Shown here piece by piece: positions 29,794 through 39,405 of a stretch of DNA of 64,000 nt. The stretch's first letter is position 1. Each line of letters starts with the position of its first letter. The DNA is from Promethearchaeota archaeon (GTDB lineage Archaea; Asgardarchaeota; Lokiarchaeia; Sigyniarchaeales; SOKP01). The translations under genes were made by a program, and so were the position numbers. Under the pieces are notes generated by a model. The model saw only the letters and a list, made by a program, of their open reading frames with translations, searched no databases and was not told where the DNA came from. Location: positions 1 through 64,000 of the forward strand of contig JBHLPW010000003.1 of the NCBI GenBank assembly GCA_048939015.1. The letters are read 5' to 3'.

Positions 29794-30789
29794 TTATTTC
29801 TCAAGTCCTAGCATCTTTATAATAAGGTTTGCCATCGAGTAAGGATCTAATGATTTCTGAATGGCTTGATCAATGTACTTTCCAATTTCTTTATCAGAAC
29901 TGAGTAAATCTTCAACCTTTTTAGTCAGTTTATGTTTTAAAATTTGTAACGTCTCATTTGTAATCCGGTTTTTCATATAATTCGAAATGACTCCTGATTG
30001 TTCCAGAAATAGTTGATGTTGTTTAATTAATTTTAATAGCTCATCAAAATTATCACCGGTTTTAGAGTTAACCTTTGTTATTTCAGGTGTCCAGAGCTCT
30101 ATCTTAGCATACTTTCTGTGGATTTCATTTGAATCATATTTATAATTTTTTCTGAATTCTAACATCTGTTTTATTTCCGCAATTTTCTTATCTGCTCCGG
30201 ATAAATCCATTTTGTTAACGACAAAAATATCAGTTATTTCCATGATCCCTGATTTTATTGCTTGAATATCATCACCCAATCCCGGAACTAATAACACTAC
30301 TACAGTTTGTGCAGATTTAAAGATATCAACTTCTGATTGTCCAACACCAACGGTCTCAACGATAATAATATCACATCCATAAGCGTCAAGAATTTTTATT
30401 ACATCCTCTGTGGCACGAGCAAGACCTCCTAATTGTCCTCTATTGGCCATACTTCTAATAAAAACATTATTAAGGGAGAAATTCTGTTTCATACGGATTC
30501 GATCTCCCAAAAGAGCCCCACCAGTTAAAGGGGAAGTTGGATCGACACATATTATCCCGACTTTTTTACCTTGTTCAACATAAAACCTAGTTAAAGTAGA
30601 AATGAAGGTAGACTTACCTGTACCTGGTGCTCCAGTTATTCCTAAGATATAAGCGTTACCTGTATATTCATAAATAGAATTAACAATGTCTTCCGCAACA
30701 TCAATATCATTCTCAACAAAAGTAATTAGACGCGCAGCAGCTCTAGGGTTTCCATTTAATAATTGAGAAATAAAATTAGAATAATCCAT
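29794..30789 (-). CDS. meaB: Acyl-CoA mutase-associated GTPase MeaB/ArgK
   Basis: GITGAPGTGKST, VDPTSP.TGGALLGDRIRM, ETVGVGQSE and NKMD. Confidence 0.96.
   Translation of the reverse strand: MDYSNFISQLLNGNPRAAARLITFVENDIDVAEDIVNSIYEYTGNAYILGITGAPGTGKSTFISTLTRFYVEQGKKVGIICVDPTSPLTGGALLGDRIRMKQNFSLNNVFIRSMANRGQLGGLARATEDVIKILDAYGCDIIIVETVGVGQSEVDIFKSAQTVVVLLVPGLGDDIQAIKSGIMEITDIFVVNKMDLSGADKKIAEIKQMLEFRKNYKYDSNEIHRKYAKIELWTPEITKVNSKTGDNFDELLKLIKQHQLFLEQSGVISNYMKNRITNETLQILKHKLTKKVEDLLSSDKEIGKYIDQAIQKSLDPYSMANLIIKMLGLEK
29799..29845. repeat. Direct repeat copy 2 (within the meaB 3' end)
   Basis: Encodes PYSMANLIIKMLGLE of MeaB and matches 25796..25842. Confidence 0.92.
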
Positions 30790-30797
30790 TCTATTAA

Positions 30798-31199
30798 TTA
30801 TCTTTTCAAGTTGTTTTTAACAAATTCAACAATCGTTTTCAGATCGGTACCAGGTCCATAAAAACCTTTTAATCCACTTTTTTCTAAAAAAACCTTATCT
30901 TCATCCGGTATGATACCACCTACAGCTACAAGAACATCATCAATTCCTTTTTCTTTCAATTTATCCATGATAACTGGGCATAATGCATTATGAGCACCGG
31001 ATAACATACTTAGCATCACTGCATCAGGGTCTTCTTGGATAACTGTATTGACAACATCATCTGGAGTTTGGTGAATTCCTGTATAGATGACTTCCATTCC
31101 CGCATCTCTAAGAGCCCTTGCGAGAACTTTTGCGCCTCTATCATGACCATCTAATCCCGGTTTACATACAAGTACTTTGATTTTCCTTTCTTCTGGCAT
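30798..31199 (-). CDS. Cobalamin-binding small subunit of acyl-CoA mutase
   Basis: KPGLDGHDRGAK (DxHxxG), SMLSGAH and GGIIP. Confidence 0.95.
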   Translation of the reverse strand: MPEERKIKVLVCKPGLDGHDRGAKVLARALRDAGMEVIYTGIHQTPDDVVNTVIQEDPDAVMLSMLSGAHNALCPVIMDKLKEKGIDDVLVAVGGIIPDEDKVFLEKSGLKGFYGPGTDLKTIVEFVKNNLKR

Positions 31200-31212
31200 T
31201 TAAAACCACATC

Positions 31213-32868
31213 CTAAAATATTGAATCTTCATGATAAGTTCCGAACACTTCTTTTAAAGCATTTATGATTTCTCCGATAGAGGTATATTCTCTTACAGCA
31301 TCAATGATGAATGGCATTAAATTTTCTGTACCCCTAGCTGCTTCTTTTAGGCTCTCAATTTTTTCCTGAACTTTATCATTATCTCGTTCTTCTTTTAATT
31401 TATTTAATTTTCTAATTTGTTCACTTGCTACTTTTTCATCAATTTTTAAAAGCGGAACTGAACATGGTTCCCTTTGTTCGAATTGATTTACAGCTACAAT
31501 TGTTCTTTCTCTATTCTCGACTTCCTGCTGATATTTATAAGAAGCATTAGCAATTTCTTTTTGAAAGAAGTTTGCTTTTATAGCAGGAACAACCCCTCCT
31601 AGTTCTTCTATTCTTCTAAAATAATCTTCTGCTTCTTCTTCCATCTTATTTGTTAACCATTCTACGTAATATGAACCAGCTAAAGGATCAACGGTATCAG
31701 TTACTCCTGATTCGTGTGCGATTATTTGTTGAGTTCTTAATGCTATTTTTACAGCATTTTCTGTTGGAAGGCATAAAGCTTCATCAAATGAATTGGTATG
31801 TAAGGATTGTGTTCCACCAAGAACAGAAGCTAACGCTTGTATTGTTACTCTGGCAATATTATTTTCTGGTTCTTGAGCTGCTAAAGAAACTCCAGCAGTT
31901 TGCGTATGAAATCGTAATCGCATTGATTCTGGTTTTTTTGCACCATATCTATTTTTCATATGTCTAGCCCAAATACGCCTAGCAGCACGATATTTACAAA
32001 TTTCCTCAAAAAAATTATTATGAGAATTAAAGAAGAAGGATAAACGAGGTGCAAATTCATCAATATCTAATCCTCTTTCGAGGGCGGCTTCAACATAAGC
32101 AAATCCATCTGCTAATGTAAATGCTAATTCTTGAACTGCTGTTGATCCCGCTTCTCTTATGTGATATCCACTAATACTAATTGTATACCATTGAGGTACA
32201 TACTTCGTACAATATTCAATTGTATCTACAATAATTCGCATAGAGGGTTCTGGAGGAAATATCCATGATTTCTGGGCTATATACTCCTTTAAAATGTCAT
32301 TTTGAATGGTTCCTCTTAATTGTTCTGGAGTATGTCCTTGCCTTTCAGCAGTGACAATGTATAACGCTAATAAAATAGAGGCAGGACCATTTATAGTCAT
32401 AGAAGTACTTATCTTTGAAAGATCAATCCCATTGAACAAAGTTTCCATATCTTTTAATGAATCTATAGCAACTCCTTCCTTTCCAATTTCTCCTAATGCT
32501 CGAGGATCAGTTGCTTCAATGCCATAAATAGTGTGTAAACTAAAGGCTACACTTAATCCAGTATTACCATGATCAATTAAAAATTTATATCTCTCATTAG
32601 TTTGTTCTGCATTACCAAATCCTGCGAATTGACGCATTGTCCATAGTTGTCCTCTATACATATTTGGATATGCGCCTCGAGTGAACGGATATTGTCCTGG
32701 AAACCCTAGATCAAGGGCATAATTAAAATCTTTAACATCATTAGGAGTGTATAATCTTTTTATTTCAATTTCAGATAAGTTCCTAAAACTTTGTTTTCTT
32801 TCCTTCTTAAGTGAAATGGAATTCTCCCATTCTTCCATTTCTCGCTTAATTTTATCATGTTCAGTCAT
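31213..32868 (-). CDS. B12-dependent acyl-CoA mutase, substrate-binding large subunit (isobutyryl-CoA mutase-like)
   Basis: PFTRG.Y..MY, WTMRQFAGFG, QNDILKEYIAQK, ISISGYHIREAG and GGTQSLHTN. Confidence 0.93.
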   Translation of the reverse strand: MTEHDKIKREMEEWENSISLKKERKQSFRNLSEIEIKRLYTPNDVKDFNYALDLGFPGQYPFTRGAYPNMYRGQLWTMRQFAGFGNAEQTNERYKFLIDHGNTGLSVAFSLHTIYGIEATDPRALGEIGKEGVAIDSLKDMETLFNGIDLSKISTSMTINGPASILLALYIVTAERQGHTPEQLRGTIQNDILKEYIAQKSWIFPPEPSMRIIVDTIEYCTKYVPQWYTISISGYHIREAGSTAVQELAFTLADGFAYVEAALERGLDIDEFAPRLSFFFNSHNNFFEEICKYRAARRIWARHMKNRYGAKKPESMRLRFHTQTAGVSLAAQEPENNIARVTIQALASVLGGTQSLHTNSFDEALCLPTENAVKIALRTQQIIAHESGVTDTVDPLAGSYYVEWLTNKMEEEAEDYFRRIEELGGVVPAIKANFFQKEIANASYKYQQEVENRERTIVAVNQFEQREPCSVPLLKIDEKVASEQIRKLNKLKEERDNDKVQEKIESLKEAARGTENLMPFIIDAVREYTSIGEIINALKEVFGTYHEDSIF

Positions 32869-33027
32869 AACAATTCTCTCTCTAAGGCTAACTTGGAGGT
32901 TTAATCTAATAATCTATAAATGTTAATTCTTCAATTAGATAAGAGAATAAAATTATTTTAACTTTATTTTATTCTTTCTAATGAAAGTTGAGAATATTAA
33001 ATTTGGAAATTAATAAAAAAGAAATAA

Positions 33028-33909
33028 TTATTGAGAACGAGAAATAATAAAATCTACTAGTTTGCCATAACTTTTTACATTTTCGAAACTTTTTGGAGCC
33101 TTTTCCATAAAAAATTCTTTGAAAACTTCCCAATTCTCCTTCTTACCTTCAGGTGCTTCAGATAATACTCTTTTGACTTCTTGAAAGTCATAGCTAAAGA
33201 TTAAGCCATCATCAATTCTATTAGCGTTCTCAGATAAGAGAAAGAGATAATAATCATTTAAGTCCCACGGATTTAATACATGTTCTGGTTTGTTTCCATC
33301 TCCAGCTTTCTTTCCCCTCAATAAACTTGTATCAACTTGTGTTGGTAAAACCATTGTGAAATTAATATTCTCTCTTTTATATTCTGCTGCCATCGCTTTC
33401 TGCATCCCAACGACGGCATATTTAGTTGCAACATATGCTGTAAGTTTTGAGGGGGCATTTGGATATGCTTCACTTCCAGTAATTATAAATCTTGCTTTAT
33501 CTTTTTTATCATCTGTTTTCATATATGGATAAGCTGCCTTAAATGTATGAAACACTCCAAGCACATTAACATTCAAGATTTCAGCAAATTTTTCGTTTAT
33601 AAATTCATGAGTTACCCACATTCGAGAATATCCGGCATTAGCAATAACTCCGTTAATTGGACCAAGTTCATCGTGAAATGCCATAAAAGCCTCCATAACT
33701 TCCTGAAATTTTGTGATATCAGCAGTTTTGACAATAACTTTTACTTTATTACCTAAACCTTCAATTTCTTTTTTCGTTGAATTTAATTCTTCAATAGTTC
33801 TTGAAGTCAATCCAAGATTAGCTCCCTCTTTTGCACAAGCTATTGCAATCGCCTTTCCGATACCTCTACCTGAGCCAGTTATTACAACGTTTTTTCCTTT
33901 TAACAACAT
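33028..33909 (-). CDS. Short-chain dehydrogenase/reductase
   Basis: TGSGRGIG, NAG and catalytic YVATK. Confidence 0.92.
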   Translation of the reverse strand: MLLKGKNVVITGSGRGIGKAIAIACAKEGANLGLTSRTIEELNSTKKEIEGLGNKVKVIVKTADITKFQEVMEAFMAFHDELGPINGVIANAGYSRMWVTHEFINEKFAEILNVNVLGVFHTFKAAYPYMKTDDKKDKARFIITGSEAYPNAPSKLTAYVATKYAVVGMQKAMAAEYKRENINFTMVLPTQVDTSLLRGKKAGDGNKPEHVLNPWDLNDYYLFLLSENANRIDDGLIFSYDFQEVKRVLSEAPEGKKENWEVFKEFFMEKAPKSFENVKSYGKLVDFIISRSQ

Positions 33910-34039
33910 TCCAATAATTCACTTATATTTGATTGAAATTTAATTATTTAAGTATAATTGAAAAATAATGAATAAAGATTTCGATTTCAAATTAAACGAA
34001 TTCTCTGTTAAGAACATAAATTATTCTACTGATGAATAT

Positions 34040-35503
34040 TTACCCCCAAAAGGGTTTCCAACGATTCCAGATGTCCCACCGATCGATATGCTTAATATTA
34101 TAAAGAAATGCTTTTAATCTATATCTACTTTTTAAAGTTTTATAAATTTGTCGGGACATATAGCGAGGGCGTTGCATAAGCCTCCTATGCGCATAATTTA
34201 TTCCAGCCATAATTTCACTTAAAGGAATAGGAAGAACAGCAGTACCAACCTCCCAACATTCATCAGGATTAATTCTTTTTTCTTTTACCATTTGATCCCA
34301 GATCCAATTTCCAGGAATTATTCCTAAAACGTGAAACTGTGGAAAATCAATATCTAATTTAATTGATAATTTGAAAGTTTCAATGATTTCCTCACGAGTC
34401 TCAATTGGAGCTCCTACTATAAAATTGCCTAGTACAATATCCATTCCAACTTTTCTGGAATTTTTTAATGCATCATAAACCTGATTTAATGTTATATTTT
34501 TCTTATACCAATCTAAAATCCTCTGTGAACCACTCTCAATCCCATAACTTATTATTCTACAACCCATGTGTTTCATTGCACTCAATAGTTCCCTTGAACT
34601 CTGAGTTACTCGACCTTCAGCCATCCAATTTAATTCAATTTTTTCTTTTCTTACTAAATAAGAGAGTTCCATTAATCTTTTCTTACTTATGGTGAAGTTG
34701 TCATCAATCCAATACAAATTTTGATAACCTTGACTCTCAAGAAGAGCAAGTTCTTCCACTATATTTTTGGGAGATCTTGGACGCCATTTTTGCCAAAACT
34801 TAGAGCTTGAGCAAAAAGTGCATTGATAAGCACACCCCCTTGAAGAAGCCGCAGTAGTAAAATTACCTAGAGATATATCAAGCCCTTCCACTTCACTTTT
34901 ATACTCTATATTTCCTAAAAATTTCCGATTTGGAAAAGGAAGGATATCAATATTTTCTATAAGAGGTCTATCATCATTTTTAACAATTCTGCCATCATCT
35001 CTATATGTCAAACCCCTTATATCTTCAAATCCTTTATTCTTTTCAGTTTTTTCAGCAATTTCTAAAAGAGTATTTTCTCCTTCTCCCCTAATGCATGCAT
35101 CAATGAAAGGGTATTTATTTAGAATTCTGGTATCATTAAATGTGGCGTGATAATTCCCAAATAAGATTTTAACATTTGGATTGATATCCTCTTTTACACA
35201 TTTAGCAATTTCGGCGGATGTAATCCCTGTTCCCGCAGTCGTTATTGTTGAAAATCCTAAAATATCTGGATCTTCATGTTTTATCCAATTTAGAGTTCTT
35301 TCAAGTGAAGCTCCTCTAGCAAATTGGTCAAATATTGATACATCATAATTATTTTCACTTAGATATGTAGCTAGATAAAGAATTCCCATTGGTGGAAATC
35401 CATAAAAATTTATTTTTTCCTCATTATAATCCTCAGCCTCTTTTACAGTACCACAAAATGTTCCATGTTCAGGAGGTTTTGGAAAAATTAAAGATATTTT
35501 CAA
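34040..35503 (-). CDS. B12-binding domain radical SAM protein
   Basis: PPMGILYLA, GNYHAT, RGEGE, SRGCAYQCTFC, DDNF and YGIESGS. TTG start. Confidence 0.92.
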   Translation of the reverse strand: MKISLIFPKPPEHGTFCGTVKEAEDYNEEKINFYGFPPMGILYLATYLSENNYDVSIFDQFARGASLERTLNWIKHEDPDILGFSTITTAGTGITSAEIAKCVKEDINPNVKILFGNYHATFNDTRILNKYPFIDACIRGEGENTLLEIAEKTEKNKGFEDIRGLTYRDDGRIVKNDDRPLIENIDILPFPNRKFLGNIEYKSEVEGLDISLGNFTTAASSRGCAYQCTFCSSSKFWQKWRPRSPKNIVEELALLESQGYQNLYWIDDNFTISKKRLMELSYLVRKEKIELNWMAEGRVTQSSRELLSAMKHMGCRIISYGIESGSQRILDWYKKNITLNQVYDALKNSRKVGMDIVLGNFIVGAPIETREEIIETFKLSIKLDIDFPQFHVLGIIPGNWIWDQMVKEKRINPDECWEVGTAVLPIPLSEIMAGINYAHRRLMQRPRYMSRQIYKTLKSRYRLKAFLYNIKHIDRWDIWNRWKPFWG

Positions 35504-35671
35504 AGGATAATTATAGAATGTAATAAATATTAATAACTTAGAAATTTGTCCTAATAATTAAAACCTCACCATTTCAATTTCAATTGACTATTGTGTGAAT
35601 AAGGAAATATATCTATAAAAATAAAATAAACATTACATAATCTACGAACAACCGGTAAAAGGATTAATAAT

Positions 35672-37135
35672 ATGAAATTAAGTGATAAAAAAATCGAACG
35701 AGTAGCACTGATCAATCCAAATTATATTACGAAGAGCATTACTGATAAATTTACACTTCCAGCTTTGGGATTAGAATACATTGCAGCTAACATTTTAGAC
35801 TTAGTTGAAGTGAAGATTATAAACGGGAAAGTAAGAAACTTAAGTGTCACTCAAATAATGAAAGAAATTATTGATTTTAAACCGGATGTTGTAGGAATTT
35901 CATGTTGTTATACAATAGGTATTAATTTTGCTTTAAAAATTGCAAACGAATCAAGAAAAAAAGGATATATAACTGTCTTAGGGGGTTGGCACCCTAATTT
36001 TGAATACTCAGAAATTTTGAAATATCCATTTGTAGATCTTATTGTTAGGGGAGAAGGTGAAATTACATTTAGAGAAGTAATTGAAAATAAAGACTTAGAA
36101 AACATAGAAGGTATCTCTTATAAAAGCAATGGAATAATATTCAATAATCCAGATCGTCCATTGATTAAAGATTTGGATAAATTACCATTTCCTACAAGAA
36201 GTCTAAGACATAAAAAGTCGTATTTTCAAGCATTTCAAATGCCTATAGATGTCATAGAAACTTCAAGAGGCTGTCCACATAGATGCATTTTTTGTAATAT
36301 ACATTTATTTTATCGGGGAACCTATAGAACAAAAAGCCCAGAAAGAGTTATAAAGGAATTAAAAATCATTTCAAATCAAAATAAACGTAAAAATGTTTTT
36401 ATTGTAGATGATAATTTCACAGCTAATATTAAACGTGTAGAAAAAATCTGTGATTTAATTGTTGAGGAAGGTATTGAATTAGATCTTATATGCCAAAGTC
36501 GAATTGATGTGATTAAGAAATATCCTAAGATTATTAAAAAGATGGCTAAAGCAGGATTTTGGCTGTTTTTCCTTGGTATTGAATCTTTTAATCAGAAATC
36601 TCTAAATAATATCCAGAAGAAAACTCAATTTAGAGATATTCTTGAAGCAATCCAAATTCTTCATGATAATGATATACTATTAATTGGAAGTATGCTAGTA
36701 GGATCTAAACTTGATGAAACTGAGGAAGATATAAACCAAATGATAAAAATTGTAAAAAAATTAAGAATTGATTTTCCTCTTTATTCTATTATGACTCCAT
36801 TACCAGGAACTCAATTCAGGAAGTATTTAATTGAAAATAACTATGAGATATCTAAAAATTGGAGAGAATATAATTTTACTACGGCGGTAAATTCTTTAAA
36901 TAACTTATCAAAAGACAAGGTAGAACAATTATTATCAAAAGCTTATTATTACGGATACTTTCATAGAGGATGGAGAGAGACAATGCTAAGGATCTATAAA
37001 AGGAAGGGAATAAAGCTGTTTTTGAACCCTAAAAATTTACTTGCTATGAAGGATCTTTTGTATTTCTTTAGAGATATTAGAAGAATGGGAAGTCATGAAA
37101 CTTCAAGTTCCATCCAGCCTATAAGATTTAATTAA
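35672..37135 (+). CDS. B12-binding domain radical SAM protein
   Basis: LGLEYIAA, GGWHP, RGEGE, SRGCPHRCIFC, DDNF, GIES and TPLPGT. Confidence 0.92.
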   Translation: MKLSDKKIERVALINPNYITKSITDKFTLPALGLEYIAANILDLVEVKIINGKVRNLSVTQIMKEIIDFKPDVVGISCCYTIGINFALKIANESRKKGYITVLGGWHPNFEYSEILKYPFVDLIVRGEGEITFREVIENKDLENIEGISYKSNGIIFNNPDRPLIKDLDKLPFPTRSLRHKKSYFQAFQMPIDVIETSRGCPHRCIFCNIHLFYRGTYRTKSPERVIKELKIISNQNKRKNVFIVDDNFTANIKRVEKICDLIVEEGIELDLICQSRIDVIKKYPKIIKKMAKAGFWLFFLGIESFNQKSLNNIQKKTQFRDILEAIQILHDNDILLIGSMLVGSKLDETEEDINQMIKIVKKLRIDFPLYSIMTPLPGTQFRKYLIENNYEISKNWREYNFTTAVNSLNNLSKDKVEQLLSKAYYYGYFHRGWRETMLRIYKRKGIKLFLNPKNLLAMKDLLYFFRDIRRMGSHETSSSIQPIRFN

Positions 37136-37190
37136 TTATTTAATTTCAAATTTTAAAATAAATGAATAATAGAAACTTCAGTCGTACAAA

Positions 37191-38372
37191 ATGGTAAAGA
37201 TTATCAATAAATCTAAGGATCAGAATTACAAATTCCCAATATTGGGATATCCGGGTTACTTTTTCACAAAATTCTTTGATACAGTTAAACCTCTCTCACA
37301 CTTACTTGACAAATTAGAGACAAATTGGCTAAGTAATGATTTAAATAAGCTCACCATAAATAAGCCTGTATTTATTACAGGTCTTGCCCGTAGTGGAACC
37401 ACGATAATATTAGAAATGTTACATCAGCATCCTGAATTAGCATCTCACCGATATAGTCATCTTTTATTACCCTATCTACCTCATTGGTTTAGCCTGATTA
37501 TAAATAAACTTTCGAGATTCTTCCTCAAAAATTATCTAACAAAACCTTTCGAACGAGTACATAAAGATGGTATAATTGTGACTCGTGATAGTCCTGAAAT
37601 GGTTGAAGAAGTAATTTGGCAACAGTTTTTTGATCATCTTCATAACGAAGAGGTTTCAAATATAATAAATACGGAAATAGTTAATCACAAATTTGAAAAA
37701 TTCTATAAAACACATATTTGTAAACTTATTATAAATCAAAATCGTTCTCGATATTTAGCAAAAAACAACTATAATATTACGAGATTAGAATATTTATTAA
37801 AAATTTTTCCCAATTCTAAATTTCTACTCACTATACGCAATCCGATAGAACATATCTCATCATTAATCAAGCAAACAGCTTTATTCATAAGGATGGAAAA
37901 AGAAGCTCCCCTTTTAATCGATTGGTTAAGAATAGTTGGGCATTATGAGTTTGGTTCTCAACATGTTTGCATTAATTCAGGTAATACAGATATTATCCAT
38001 AAAATTCGAAAGTTATGGGCCCATAAAGAGACCTACGTAAAAGGCTGGGCATATTATTGGGATTCTATTTATGATTACATTTCTAAATGCATAGAAACTA
38101 ATTCAAACCTTAAAAAGGCTACTTATATTGTTAGATATGATGATCTATGTGAGTTTCCGGCGAGAGTTATTGATGAAATTCTTTTGCATACTGAACTACC
38201 TAACTCTGAATTTGCAGAAGTTAAGAATTACTACATAAAAAATTTACACAAACCTACTTATTATACCTCCAAATTCACAGAACAAGAACTTAATCAAGTT
38301 TATGAAATAACAAATGCAACAGCTAAATGGTTCAAATTGAAAGATATAAAGGAGGGGATTTATATACGTTAA
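37191..38372 (+). CDS. PAPS-dependent sulfotransferase
   Basis: 5'-PSB PVFITGLARSGTT, 3'-PB IRNPIEHISS and VRYDDL. Confidence 0.88.
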   Translation: MVKIINKSKDQNYKFPILGYPGYFFTKFFDTVKPLSHLLDKLETNWLSNDLNKLTINKPVFITGLARSGTTIILEMLHQHPELASHRYSHLLLPYLPHWFSLIINKLSRFFLKNYLTKPFERVHKDGIIVTRDSPEMVEEVIWQQFFDHLHNEEVSNIINTEIVNHKFEKFYKTHICKLIINQNRSRYLAKNNYNITRLEYLLKIFPNSKFLLTIRNPIEHISSLIKQTALFIRMEKEAPLLIDWLRIVGHYEFGSQHVCINSGNTDIIHKIRKLWAHKETYVKGWAYYWDSIYDYISKCIETNSNLKKATYIVRYDDLCEFPARVIDEILLHTELPNSEFAEVKNYYIKNLHKPTYYTSKFTEQELNQVYEITNATAKWFKLKDIKEGIYIR

Positions 38373-39364
38373 AAGTAAATTTCCTTTCCGATTTATATGC
38401 GTTAAGGCAAATAATCGGCGTGAATGGAGCACTTAATGCGACCATGAGTCAAGCAAAAGTGATGCAAAACTATGTAAAGATACTTTTTAACAAGTATGGT
38501 GATGGATATGATATAATTCATTGTCATGGATGCTTTCCTTATACATCTCACTTATTAAAAAGAGGATTAAAATCAAAAAAACCAGCAATATTATCTCTTC
38601 ATCAAAATCATTATGATATTGATCAATCATTTCTGTTTTCAAAGCCTCTATCTCAGATTTTCAAATTATATTTAAGAAGATATTGTGCACTTAGTGATCT
38701 GATAATCTGCCCAACTGAGTATTCAAAACAGATTGTAAAGAAAGAATTAAGAATAACCAAACCAATAAAACTAATCTCAAATGGCATTGAAACACAAAAG
38801 TTCAACAATTCAATAGAAAAAAGAAAAAATTTCCGAAAAAGATATGGATTAAATAAACCAACAATTTTAAGCGTAGGAATGCCAACGGTAAGAAAAGGAT
38901 TTTTTGATTTTATTCAATTTTCAAGAAGATTAGAAAAATTGTACTTTATGTGGGTTGGGGTAAGAGCCTTCCCAATAATACAACCTAATTATAACATTAA
39001 TTCTAAGAACTTTTTCATGCCCGGTTTTATCGAAGATATAGTATCAGCTTACTCAGGATGTGATATTTTCTGTTTTCCATCATATTATGAAGGAGAAGGC
39101 ATTGCTATCTTAGAGGCAATTAGTTGTGGTTTACCAATCATAATACGTGATTTGCCTGTTTATGATGGCAGATTTATTGATGGATATAACTGTCTTAAAG
39201 CAAGAACAAATAAAGAATTTATTGAAAATATAAACTTTTTATTAGATAATCCTGATGAGCGTAAAAGAATCGCTAAAAACGGATTAAAAACGGCAAGAAA
39301 GTTTGATATTAAAAATACAGGTAAACAAATCTTCGAATCATACATGGAATTAATGGGATCTTGA
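38327..39364 (+). CDS. GT4 glycosyltransferase, resembling glycolipid (diglycosyl-lipid) synthases
   Basis: PTEYSK, ISNGI, RKGFFDF, FPSYYEGEGIAILEA (EX7E) and RDLPVY. The start is uncertain and overlaps the upstream gene. Confidence 0.88.
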   Translation: MVQIERYKGGDLYTLKVNFLSDLYALRQIIGVNGALNATMSQAKVMQNYVKILFNKYGDGYDIIHCHGCFPYTSHLLKRGLKSKKPAILSLHQNHYDIDQSFLFSKPLSQIFKLYLRRYCALSDLIICPTEYSKQIVKKELRITKPIKLISNGIETQKFNNSIEKRKNFRKRYGLNKPTILSVGMPTVRKGFFDFIQFSRRLEKLYFMWVGVRAFPIIQPNYNINSKNFFMPGFIEDIVSAYSGCDIFCFPSYYEGEGIAILEAISCGLPIIIRDLPVYDGRFIDGYNCLKARTNKEFIENINFLLDNPDERKRIAKNGLKTARKFDIKNTGKQIFESYMELMGS

Positions 39365-39405
39365 ACTTATGATTCCATATTTGAATTTACCAATTATCAA
39401 TTATT

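Larger units (their letters stand above)
25796..29845. mobile_element. Putative 4.0-kb integrated islet/cassette at the meaB 3' end
   Basis: Bounded by 47-bp direct repeats 4003 bp apart, one of them inside the meaB coding end. One cargo gene and no integrase inside. Confidence 0.6.

Noticed and set aside
25796-29845. Diversity-generating retroelement TR/VR pair
   Set aside because: The repeat is only 47 bp, matches a housekeeping gene end, and has no reverse transcriptase nearby.
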